From Candidatus Spongiisociaceae bacterium (GTDB lineage Bacteria; Actinomycetota; Acidimicrobiia; Spongiisociales; Spongiisociaceae), in assembly GCA_965262915.1 (NCBI GenBank), contig OZ253564.1:4544001-4608000 (forward strand): DNA of 64,000 nucleotides, written 5' to 3'. How positions within the stretch are numbered: the stretch's first letter is position 1; every line of letters begins with the position of its first letter. Below, piece after piece: positions 9,596 through 18,554 of the stretch. A model generated the notes under the pieces. It made no database searches, was not told the origin of the DNA, and worked only from the letters and a program-made list of their open reading frames with translations. A program made the position numbers and the translations under genes.

Positions 9596-10762
9596 TCAGC
9601 CGACCTGGATGGATTGCACCTGCGCATGGTCGGAAGGCGCCTCGTCGCCACCCTCTTCCTTCGTGATCGAAGCGGCGATTAGGGCCAACATCAGCAGCAC
9701 CACTCCCACGCCTGCGGCTGCGACCAGCACCTCGTTCTTGGTCACCCGGAGGTTGGGACGTGACGCCATGAGAGCGGCGAAACCCACCGTGCCGATGGCC
9801 ACGAAGATGGCGATCAGCGGGGCGAACCCCGAGAAACGCAGGAGCAACGATCCGAACGAAACCACTATCACGAGAATCACCAGGCCGGCGGCAACCGGAA
9901 GTGCAAGCGCGTCGGAGAGCCGTCGCTTGACGGTGTCGGCATCCTCGGCTTCTTCGCCCGACAGGGCGGCGGGCTGCGCCACCGCCTGGGCGATCCCGCC
10001 GACGACCGCGCCGAGCAGCGCACCGGCGGCCACCATGCCCAACACCATCATCGGGCTGATGGAGACCAGCTTGGTCCCCGAGAGGGACGACTCGGCCGTG
10101 GCGAAGAGGAAGCCACCCAACCCGGCACCCAGCACCAGCCCTATGAACGCCCCTGACAGGACCGATCCGAGTGGAGTCGTATCCGTATCGTACGCGGGCG
10201 ACCGGAACCTGCCGGCGCCGCGCGAAGCCATCGTGATGATGGCGCCCATCACCGCCCACAGGACCGCTATGGCGGCCACCGCGGTCCACGTGACTTCAAC
10301 CGCCGGCCCGCCCACCGCGGTGGTCTCGGAGAGACGGCCCAGGAGCAGCGGCGCCTGGGCGATCATCGACAGGAACCCCAACGCCGCGCCCCACCCGGCG
10401 CCGACCTTGGCGCCCAAGCGGATACGGTCCGCCAGCGACGCCGGCTCGATCGGTTCGAGTTCCTCCTCCTCGACGACCTCGACGGCGGCCACCACGGGCT
10501 GTTCGACCACCGGCGCGGGAACGGGTTCGGCAACTGCCGGTTGCAGCGCGGGGGCAGGCGTCGGCGCGGTTACGGGCGGCGGAGCCGCCTCCCGTACCGC
10601 GGTGGCCGTAGCAGCCATGGGGCCGGCGCCCGACCAGGCGGCCAATACGTCCTCGACCGCTACGCCCTGAGCCTGGGCACGGGCCTCGGCCGATCGCTCC
10701 ACCAGATATTCGGGAGCACCGCCCAGCAGTTCACCGATGGTCGAGAGGCGTGGATCCGACAT
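9596..10762 (-). CDS. Hypothetical membrane protein (soluble N-terminal domain, Pro/Ala linker, about 7 TM helices)
   Basis: Long ORF with host-like codon usage and hydrophobic segments; start chosen at MSDPRLS. Confidence 0.75.
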   Translation of the reverse strand: MSDPRLSTIGELLGGAPEYLVERSAEARAQAQGVAVEDVLAAWSGAGPMAATATAVREAAPPPVTAPTPAPALQPAVAEPVPAPVVEQPVVAAVEVVEEEELEPIEPASLADRIRLGAKVGAGWGAALGFLSMIAQAPLLLGRLSETTAVGGPAVEVTWTAVAAIAVLWAVMGAIITMASRGAGRFRSPAYDTDTTPLGSVLSGAFIGLVLGAGLGGFLFATAESSLSGTKLVSISPMMVLGMVAAGALLGAVVGGIAQAVAQPAALSGEEAEDADTVKRRLSDALALPVAAGLVILVIVVSFGSLLLRFSGFAPLIAIFVAIGTVGFAALMASRPNLRVTKNEVLVAAAGVGVVLLMLALIAASITKEEGGDEAPSDHAQVQSIQVG

Positions 10763-10871
10763 CGCCCGAGATGTTAGCGGGGACGCGGAGGCGCCGACCA
10801 CGACGTGCCGCGTATCGCAGCACGTCCGGCGCGACGCCGGGTGCGCTCATCGCAACCGTGCCCCGGACCGG

Positions 10872-11006
10872 TCAGGAACGGTCCTCCGGCTGGTCGGATC
10901 GGTGGCGAGACCTTGCTCTGCGCTCGGCCCATATGATCAGCAGTACCCCCACCAACGCAATGGCGAACCCCGTGATGTAGTCGTATGGGTGGTGGGCCAA
11001 CACCAT
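10872..11006 (-). CDS. Putative 44-aa single-pass membrane protein (MVLAHHPYDYITGFAIALVGVLLIIW...)
   Basis: One clean TM helix followed by a basic tail; no family recognised. Confidence 0.4.
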   Translation of the reverse strand: MVLAHHPYDYITGFAIALVGVLLIIWAERRARSRHRSDQPEDRS

Positions 11007-11243
11007 CCTGAGCACCTCGCAACGAGTAGCGTCCGGCCGGGCCCGGAGCCCGGACCGTAGGACCAGCTTAGAGCCGGCATCCTCCAAGACGCCATCCTCC
11101 AATAACCGCAGCACCTGAGGATATGGCCGGCGCGAAACATGGCTAGGAAATCGACCCGCGCGGCTCGATTCCTATCGAATCGGGGAACGATTCCGCCTGC
11201 TATAGCGTTGAACCCGGATAGAATGCGCCAAAGCGGAGAATAG

Positions 11244-11906
11244 ATGAACAGGAACAGCCGGAAAGTCTATAACCGAAAGCTACGAGCCCTGGCCGGCATG
11301 GTCCTTGCTGCAGTGGCTCTTGCGGCTTGTGGTGAGGGCAACCCGGACACGATCACCTACCGCGATGCCGAGAACCGTTCGCTGTTCGAACTACCCAACG
11401 ATTGGCACCTGTACCGTGCCGACGAACTCGTCCAGATCGGCTCCGTGCCCTTCCTTCCCGACATCGGGGGATACAAGCCGATCTCCTTCGTCGCCTTCGA
11501 CGGCGCCGCCGGGCGTAACCTTGAGAACCTGGCCCACGACGTGACCGCATCGCCCTTCCCGGTCGGTGCACACATCATCCGCCAGATCAGCCCCGACGAA
11601 AAAGAGTTTCTGTCACGCCGGACGATGGCGATGTCCGCATACGACGTCCAGAACCCAGGCCAAGGCGTACAGATCAACACCGAGGACTTCTCCTTCGGTA
11701 GGGACTACGAGGGTATCCGCGCATTCGTCGGCTTCACGAGAGAAGATGGCGACCTGGAGGGCTTGGTGTATGTATTGGCCGTGACCAATCCGGAAGTCAC
11801 CGAGCTGTACTCGATGGCAGCCGGCTGCTCTCTGGACTGCTTCAGCCGGCAGCAGGAACAGATCCTGGAGGCAGTCAACTCGTGGGTAGTGAACACCAGA
11901 CGATGA
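11244..11906 (+). CDS. Hypothetical lipoprotein
   Basis: Lipobox LAAC; GGAG SD; TAGAAT -10-like box at 11219-11224; C-terminal CSLDC. Confidence 0.8.
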   Translation: MNRNSRKVYNRKLRALAGMVLAAVALAACGEGNPDTITYRDAENRSLFELPNDWHLYRADELVQIGSVPFLPDIGGYKPISFVAFDGAAGRNLENLAHDVTASPFPVGAHIIRQISPDEKEFLSRRTMAMSAYDVQNPGQGVQINTEDFSFGRDYEGIRAFVGFTREDGDLEGLVYVLAVTNPEVTELYSMAAGCSLDCFSRQQEQILEAVNSWVVNTRR

Positions 11907-14167
11907 GAGGCCCGATGAAGACCGACGTCCGGCGCCGCTCCCCTACCTGGGACCGCATGAAGTTCATCGTGCTGATTCTGTTCTTCCTGGGTGTCCTGAT
12001 CAGTTCCAAGGTCAGCGCGCCCTTCACCACCCTGAGCCAGGCCCTAGCCGACACCTGGAACGAGACATTCGGCCGAGTTCTGTTCATCGCCCTGCCGCTC
12101 GAGGTCCTTCGCCAGATCCACTATTACGTCTCGGAGCATTGGGGCCACTACAACCGGTTCTGGTCCCAACAGTTCTTCGGGGGCATAGAGCACCAAGCCC
12201 ACCGTCGGTTCAAGCCATGGACGCGCTTCCGCTTCGGCCGCTACGTCCGGATTCTCATATTCTTGCTGATCCTCGGATCAGTGATCGACTACTTCGTCGC
12301 TGAGGTCTCGAGCCCGATCGAAGCCCTGATCCAGGCACCCCGCATCATTGCCAGCCGTATCTTCACCTATCCGTTCGTCTACATCCTGATGGCGCCGTTC
12401 TTCATGATCATCCAGTTCGGGTCACTCTTCTGGTTTCTGTCGCGTGGGGGCGTCGACACCATCATGCCGGAGGAGATCGAGACTCGGTACTCCGATGTCT
12501 GGGGTCAGGACCACGTGCTCGACTTGGTCCAGGAGAACGTCGGGTTCCTCGAAAAGCCGGATGAGATCGAGGCCAAGGGCGGCTATGTACCCGGCGGAAT
12601 GCTGCTGTGGGGACCCCCCGGAACGGGCAAGACCCTCATCGCCGAGGCCACCGCGGGTGAGGTTGGTCTCCCCTTTGTGTTCGTAGATCCGGGTGCCTTC
12701 AACGCCATGTTCATGGGGGTAGGCATCCTAAAGGTCAAGGGACTCTTCCGAAAGCTCCGCAAGTTGGCCCTGCGCCACGGGGGGGTAGTGGTGTTCTTCG
12801 ACGAGGCCGACGCTCTCGGCAGCCGGGGCGCCATAGCCCAGGGTGGACCACCCCCACAAGGCGTGGCACCGCTCACCTACGGGCTGCACTGCAACGCTTC
12901 GGCCTACCTGAATCCCCAGTCGCTCAGCATCATCGAAGCCGACAGATCACCGCCATCACCATCGTCAGGCGAATCCGACGAGCGGCTTCCCGGAAGCCGG
13001 CTCAACCGGATAATCATGGGCGCCGGTATGGGCGGCGGTGGCATGGGTACCCTTCAGGCGCTCCTGACCGAGATCTCCGGCCTGAAAAAGCCGAGGGGGC
13101 TCACCAACAAGGTTCGCAAGATGCTGGGCATCAGGCCCAAGCCGCCACCCAAGTACCGGATATTCATCATGATGGCCACCAACCTCCCCAGCGTCCTGGA
13201 CCCGGCGTTGCTCCGCCCGGGCCGGATCGACCGTATCTACAAGGTCGGCTACCCGACCAAAGAAGGACGGCTCCGTACTTTCGAGGGTTACCTCAACAAG
13301 GTCAACCACAACATCAACCGCAAGCAAATGGACGAGTTGGCCGCCAAGACACCCTATTACTCGGGCGCCAAGATCAAGGATCTGGTCAACGAGGCGCTCA
13401 TCCTGGCACAACGGGACAATCGCGACACGATCAAGTGGGATGATATCTGGAAGGCCAAGACCTTCAAGGAAATGGGACCGACGGAGGGTTTCGAGTACGT
13501 AGAGCGGGAGGAGTTCGCCGTTGCCATCCACGAGTCCAGCCACGCGGTCGCGGCCCATCTCCTCAAGTCCCACGCCAACATCGATGTTGCCACCATCGAG
13601 CGCCGGGGTGATGTCGGCGGCTTCGTCTCCTACATCGCCCTCGAGGACCGCTTCGTCCAATGGAAGACCGAGTTGGAGGTGGACATCAAGGTGTCTCTGG
13701 CCAGCCTGGCCGGGGAGCGGATGTTCTTCGAGGGCGACAACTCGATGGGGGTAGGCGGCGACCTGCGCAACGCGACCACGATCCAGAGCCGCATGATCGG
13801 GGTGTGGGGAATGGGCGACAACCTCGCGTCGAGCGCCGGGTTGCCGCGGCACGTGCTCGACCAGCCACCCGATCCGAGTGGAGAAATCGCAAAAACGATG
13901 GGTTCTCAGGTCGAGCGGAAGCTGCGGCACCTCTACGACGAGGTGTACGAGATGCTCGAAGATCACAAGACCGCGGTGTTCAATGTGGCGGTCCGACTCC
14001 AGAGGAAGAAGACCATCGCGGGTGACGAGGTAGCCAGGATCATAGGTGTCGAGGCGGGTTCGGTCACCAAGAGGAAGCCGGTCGGATTCGCCGCGGTCAG
14101 CGCCGAGGACCACCGCCGCTCCCTGCTGGGAATCGGTTCGAGGGAATGGCCGACCGGTAGCAGTTGA
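11903..14167 (+). CDS. FtsH-like membrane AAA+ ATPase / M41 Zn metalloprotease (atypical paralogue)
   Basis: N-terminal TM helices; GPPGTGKT; FFDEAD; ATN...DPALLRPGRID; HESSH zinc motif and GGDL; ATGA overlap with upstream lipoprotein. Confidence 0.88.
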   Translation: MRGPMKTDVRRRSPTWDRMKFIVLILFFLGVLISSKVSAPFTTLSQALADTWNETFGRVLFIALPLEVLRQIHYYVSEHWGHYNRFWSQQFFGGIEHQAHRRFKPWTRFRFGRYVRILIFLLILGSVIDYFVAEVSSPIEALIQAPRIIASRIFTYPFVYILMAPFFMIIQFGSLFWFLSRGGVDTIMPEEIETRYSDVWGQDHVLDLVQENVGFLEKPDEIEAKGGYVPGGMLLWGPPGTGKTLIAEATAGEVGLPFVFVDPGAFNAMFMGVGILKVKGLFRKLRKLALRHGGVVVFFDEADALGSRGAIAQGGPPPQGVAPLTYGLHCNASAYLNPQSLSIIEADRSPPSPSSGESDERLPGSRLNRIIMGAGMGGGGMGTLQALLTEISGLKKPRGLTNKVRKMLGIRPKPPPKYRIFIMMATNLPSVLDPALLRPGRIDRIYKVGYPTKEGRLRTFEGYLNKVNHNINRKQMDELAAKTPYYSGAKIKDLVNEALILAQRDNRDTIKWDDIWKAKTFKEMGPTEGFEYVEREEFAVAIHESSHAVAAHLLKSHANIDVATIERRGDVGGFVSYIALEDRFVQWKTELEVDIKVSLASLAGERMFFEGDNSMGVGGDLRNATTIQSRMIGVWGMGDNLASSAGLPRHVLDQPPDPSGEIAKTMGSQVERKLRHLYDEVYEMLEDHKTAVFNVAVRLQRKKTIAGDEVARIIGVEAGSVTKRKPVGFAAVSAEDHRRSLLGIGSREWPTGSS

Positions 14168-14820
14168 GAAAACCGGCCCCCGCACCGGCCGGGATCCGCA
14201 GAACCCAGGCGGTGCGGATGAGATCGGGGTCGGCCAGAGCCCGTCCGTCCGCTTGGATCAGATCCCGGTTGATGTCGTATATCTCCGGCCAGCGGTCCTC
14301 GGAACCCAGGTGGACCGTGGCGAACCCCCTGAGGGAGTCACCGCCCGCCACCGTCACGTGGCGTTCGGTTGGGTCCTCGGGTACCTCATCCTCCTCATGC
14401 CGGGGCGGCCGGGTCGTAGACCAGGGTGAACCCCGAGATCTGCGGGAAGTACAAGAAGGGAATGGTCGGTGCGAATCCCCCGATGAACCGGGCGGTCACA
14501 TCCGGCCCCAGATCGAAGTCGTGATTCCCCAGGGCCATCGCGTCCTAAACACCGCTCAGAGCCACCGAGTCGTACAAGGGCCCCTCCCGTCCCAGCGAAA
14601 CGCTGATCTCGCGGGAAGCCCGTAGGTTGTCACCCGAGCCGAGCGTCACCAATCCGTGCCCTGACGGACCGACCTGCAGCTGCTTCATCACGGTTACAAA
14701 ACATGCCACACCGGGATCAGATTCCTGATCGGGAAGGAGTCTCGACTCGCCGGCACTGCTGTGCAGGATGGTAGGCGTGAACTCCTCGGTATCCTCGGGC
14801 TCCTGGATGTTCTCGGGCTC
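14097..14820 (-). pseudogene. Degraded 5'-nucleotidase (metallophosphoesterase) plus C-terminal LysM-like domain
   Basis: In frame after the TAG at 14821: FTPTILHSSAGESRLL, GSGDNL, V*DAMALGNHDFDLGP, PFL joined directly to FPQISGFTLVYDP; then a frameshift into VTVAGGDSL...RWPEIYDINRD...PDLIRTAWVLRIP. Confidence 0.8.
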
Positions 14821-16203
14821 CTAGGTGTCCTCCACGGGTGCCACGAGCGCCGGCTGCGACCCGGCAGCCTCTCCGATCGGCACGTACCGGCATCCCCGGG
14901 AAATGGGCCGGACCGACGAAGGCTGGTCGACGTTGATCAAGGAAACATCGTTGGCGCGGACCTGTACCACGTGCTGCCCGTCACCGACCGGTACGACCGT
15001 GACGAGGTCGAAGGCCTCTTCGGCCGGAACGGGCCGCATGACACTGTGCTCGCCGGTATCGAGGGCCCATCTCGCTATCTGCGGAATGTCGAGGTCGGCC
15101 ACGTACAACAACGAACCGTCGTCGTACCAGCCCGTCACCCCGGAGGTGGGCAGGAACCGGTCGATTCCCGGAGGGCCTATCTCCCCCTCGCCCTGCTCGT
15201 CCACCAGGTAATAGCTCCACACAACTGATCGTGTGCCGCCGGCCGGATCCTGCTCGACCAGCGCCACCAGAGCCCGGTCTCCGGACGGACTGAGGTAACC
15301 GTCCACCGCCACCAAGGGATTACCTGAGGGGGACAGCCCGAGGATCCGGGCCCACACGACCGACCTCTCGACCGGATCCACGGCATGGACGGCGAATGCG
15401 GTGCTGCCCTCCCACGCCGCCTCGCCGGCCACCAGCACCAGGTCCCCCACCGAGGCCAGCACGGTCTCGAACCTGCTCGCAACGACCTCGACTAATCCGA
15501 CCCTGCTCTCCACCACGACCGGCCCCGGATCGATAGGGATAGCCACCCCTTCCCCGACCTTCACGAGGGACAGCGGATCGGTTTCCCCGACCGCATACAA
15601 ATCCGGGCCGAGGGCTGCTCCCCTGACGGGCGAAGCACCGGGAAAGGAGAACCAGGTAGCCGCGAGCGGATCATGTACGTAGACACCTCCATCCAGTATC
15701 ACCGGACGACTGAGTGGACGGATCACACCCGACGCCGGGACCTCTGCGGGCGAGACTAGCTCGAGCTTCGTCTCGGGGATGATGCCGAGGACGGCCCGTC
15801 GGGGCTCTCCGGGAACCGGGGAGAGTTGGACTTCGAACGAGAAGGGTTCGCCTGCCCGGACCCCTTCCACCCTTACCACGTCACCGACCCGGCCCCCCCG
15901 GAGCACGCCCAGCAGCGTTTCCTGCGTGGTGATGAGAATCCCGTCGAGCCCCGTCACTATGTCGCCTGCACGGAGCCTTCCATAGGCTCCGCTATCTTCC
16001 AGCACCTCAAGGATCCTCACCCCGCCCCCGACGGCCAGGAGGCATCCACCCTCGGGCGGGAAGAACCCCTCTACGTCGGCCGGGTTGACCCAATCGGGAA
16101 CAATCTCCGTGGGGACCTCGAACGTCGGCCGTTCTGCAACCGGCTGGGAACAGGCAGACCCCACCAGCATGAGAACTACCAACGGAGCTAGGAGGGTGGT
16201 CAA
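14821..16203 (-). CDS. PDZ-domain lipoprotein with probable beta-rich domain; likely the truncated N-terminal part of a longer gene
   Basis: Lipobox GSAC; GVRILEVLEDSGAYGRLRAGDIVTGLDG PDZ motif; the stop falls inside an EDT/EPE repeat linker. Confidence 0.75.
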   Translation of the reverse strand: MTTLLAPLVVLMLVGSACSQPVAERPTFEVPTEIVPDWVNPADVEGFFPPEGGCLLAVGGGVRILEVLEDSGAYGRLRAGDIVTGLDGILITTQETLLGVLRGGRVGDVVRVEGVRAGEPFSFEVQLSPVPGEPRRAVLGIIPETKLELVSPAEVPASGVIRPLSRPVILDGGVYVHDPLAATWFSFPGASPVRGAALGPDLYAVGETDPLSLVKVGEGVAIPIDPGPVVVESRVGLVEVVASRFETVLASVGDLVLVAGEAAWEGSTAFAVHAVDPVERSVVWARILGLSPSGNPLVAVDGYLSPSGDRALVALVEQDPAGGTRSVVWSYYLVDEQGEGEIGPPGIDRFLPTSGVTGWYDDGSLLYVADLDIPQIARWALDTGEHSVMRPVPAEEAFDLVTVVPVGDGQHVVQVRANDVSLINVDQPSSVRPISRGCRYVPIGEAAGSQPALVAPVEDT

Positions 16204-16402
16204 AAACCCCCGGTTTGCCCGACCGTCGATGACAACTCCCTCCTAGGGATCCGAGACGCCGCATTCCCGTCTATAGGCTACGCGGTGCAAAGACCTGGGA
16301 GGGTGTCGAGAAACCTTCCGTTGGCCCGACGCTCGATGAGAAAAGGCTGCATCAGCGGACGGCGGGCCGGCCACTACCCGTTTTCGCCACCCTTCTGAGG
16401 AC

Positions 16403-16837
16403 CTACTTCCCTGCCGACAGGTCGTCGACGGCGAATAGGTAGTCGGCCACCGGGCGCCCGCCGACCAGGTGCTCGTCGATGATTCGGTCCAGGACCTCCC
16501 CCGACACGGAGTGGTACCAGACCCCTTCCGGGTAGACCACGGCTATGGGACCCTGCTCGCATACGCGCAGGCAGTCCACCTTGGACCTGAGGACGGTGCC
16601 CGTTCCGGGCGCCGACAGGACCGGCGATCGGTCGAAGTTGCCCTGCCACGGGGGTGGCGCACTAGCCAGATCGAGTGCCTTGGTCGCCGATTTGAGCTGT
16701 CGCCACGCCGCCAGGCCCTCCTCGTAGGTCGAGCAGCGGGGGTTCCGCTGCTGGGCGCACAGAAAGATGTGCCGCCGGATGCCGCCTATCGACATCGCCG
16801 ACGCAATCCGCTGCAGACGCTCCAACCGCTCCGTCAT
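16403..16837 (-). CDS. Thioredoxin-like [2Fe-2S] ferredoxin
   Basis: HIFLC...C...[21 protein letters not shown]; ATGA overlap with selD. Confidence 0.9.
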   Translation of the reverse strand: MTERLERLQRIASAMSIGGIRRHIFLCAQQRNPRCSTYEEGLAAWRQLKSATKALDLASAPPPWQGNFDRSPVLSAPGTGTVLRSKVDCLRVCEQGPIAVVYPEGVWYHSVSGEVLDRIIDEHLVGGRPVADYLFAVDDLSAGK

Positions 16838-17877
16838 ACGACCTCGACTCCTGGTTCCTCGTCGACTGCGACAAACTCGCCGATCACCGCCGCCACGGGC
16901 GCTACCGATGCCAGCCTCCCGACGAGTTCGTCCAGTATCTCCGGGGAAACCGCCATGAGCAAACCGCCGCTGGTCTGGGCGTCGGCCAGGATCTTGAGAT
17001 CCGTCTCCCCCACCCGGTTCTCTACCATCGGCGACACGGAACGGAGATTGCGCATACTCCCACCCGGATACACGCCGCGTTCGACCAGATCACGGACTCC
17101 GTCCAGCACCGGTACCGACGACATGTCCAGCCGGGCCGACACCCGCGAAGCCTCAAGTATCTCCCGCAGGTGGCCCAGCAGGCCGTAGCCGGTCACGTCG
17201 GTGGCGCAGCGCACTCCCGCCTCCACCATGATGCCTGCGGCTGATCCGTTGAGGGTGGTCATGACGTCCACCGCTTCATCGTGCAACCGCCGTCCCGCCG
17301 ATTGCTGCTTGACGGCGGTGGAGACCACGCCCGTACCCAGAGGTTTGGTGAGCACGATCGAGTCCCCCGGCCGGGCCGCATCGTTGGTGGTCATCCGCCC
17401 GGGGTCCACCACTCCGGTTACCGAGAATCCGTAGACGGGAACCTCGCCGTCGATCGTGTGGCCACCGGCGATGGTGGCCTGTGCCTCGGCCATGACGTCC
17501 GCTCCGCCCTCCATCACGTCAACCAGCAGATGGAGCGGCAGCGCCCGGCGAGGCCACCCGACCAGTTGAAGGGCGGTAAGCGGGTGGCCACCCATCGCAT
17601 AGACATCGGAGAGGGCATTGGCGGCCGCGATACGGCCCCAGTCGTACGGGTCGTCCACGATGGGAGCGAAGAAGTCCACCGTCTGTACCAGGGCGCGTCC
17701 CTCGTCGATGCGGAATACGCCTGCATCGTCGGATGTAGCCAGCCCGACCAGCAGATCCGGATGTGCGGTGGCTCGATGGTTTGTGAAAGGGCGCAGAACC
17801 TGCGCCAGCTCGTCGGCGCCGAGTTTGCAGGCTCAGCCGGCACCGGGGGAGAACGATGTGAGTCGGATCTCCGGCAC
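16834..17877 (-). CDS. selD: Selenide, water dikinase (selenophosphate synthetase), selenoprotein with Sec at codon 15
   Basis: GTG start after SD AAAGGAGGTGA; [16 protein letters not shown] (UxxK); [46 protein letters not shown]. Confidence 0.96.
17790..17806 (-). promoter_or_regulatory. Bacterial SECIS hairpin of selD
   Basis: GGCGCAG-GUU-CUGCGCC perfect 7-bp stem; G-containing loop lies about 33 nt 3' of the UGA at 17833-17835. Confidence 0.8.
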
Positions 17878-18019
17878 AGGTCACCTCCTTTCTCGAGGCA
17901 ACGGTTGTTGCCGCGTGATGCCCGGAGTCTGGCACAGCAGGCCCGCAAACCTTCAGCCCGCTTGGACCTGCGGGGGTCGGTCTCCGGTCGGGTCCATCCG
18001 GAGGGTATCCTCACCCTCC

Positions 18020-18496
18020 ATGAGCACACCCCGCAATTGGCTGACCGCAACCGCCCACCAAAAACTCCAACAGGAGTACGACTCCCTGACAACCCAGGGG
18101 CGACACTGGATAGCGGCCCGCCTGGCCGAAGCGCGCTCCCACGGAGACATCAGGGAGAACGCCGACTACGACGCCGCCAAGACCGAACAGGGCCTGATGG
18201 AAGCCAGGATCCGCAAGCTCCGCTACCTCCTTGACAACTCGTTCGTCGGGGAGACGGAGGACGACGGTACGGTCCGGATCGGCTCTCTGGTCACGCTCCG
18301 AGATGAGGACGGGGACGAGGACGAGTACTTCGTCGCCATACCCGAGAACAAGGTGCAGGGCCATCTTCTCGCCTCTCCGGCAGGACCACTCGGCAAAGCG
18401 CTGCTCGGAGCATCGGTGGGCGACGACATCCGGTACGAGGCACCCGGAGGAACGTTCTCGGTGAAGGTGATCGCCGTCCGGCCCTACCAAGGCTGA
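18020..18496 (+). CDS. greA: Transcription elongation factor GreA
   Basis: ARSHGDIRENADYDAAK, SPAGPLGKALLG. Confidence 0.95.
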   Translation: MSTPRNWLTATAHQKLQQEYDSLTTQGRHWIAARLAEARSHGDIRENADYDAAKTEQGLMEARIRKLRYLLDNSFVGETEDDGTVRIGSLVTLRDEDGDEDEYFVAIPENKVQGHLLASPAGPLGKALLGASVGDDIRYEAPGGTFSVKVIAVRPYQG

Positions 18497-18554
18497 AGTC
18501 ACAGTCCCGGCCGATGGCCCGACGCCCGAAGTCGGTAGGACGAAAGGAACCGCG

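Noticed and set aside
5935-14823. Three in-frame TAG codons (5935, 14545, 14821) as evidence for amber recoding or pyrrolysine
   Set aside because: Core genes here end normally at TAG (coxL, proC), no pyl genes are in the window, and the nucleotidase relic also has deletions and a frameshift
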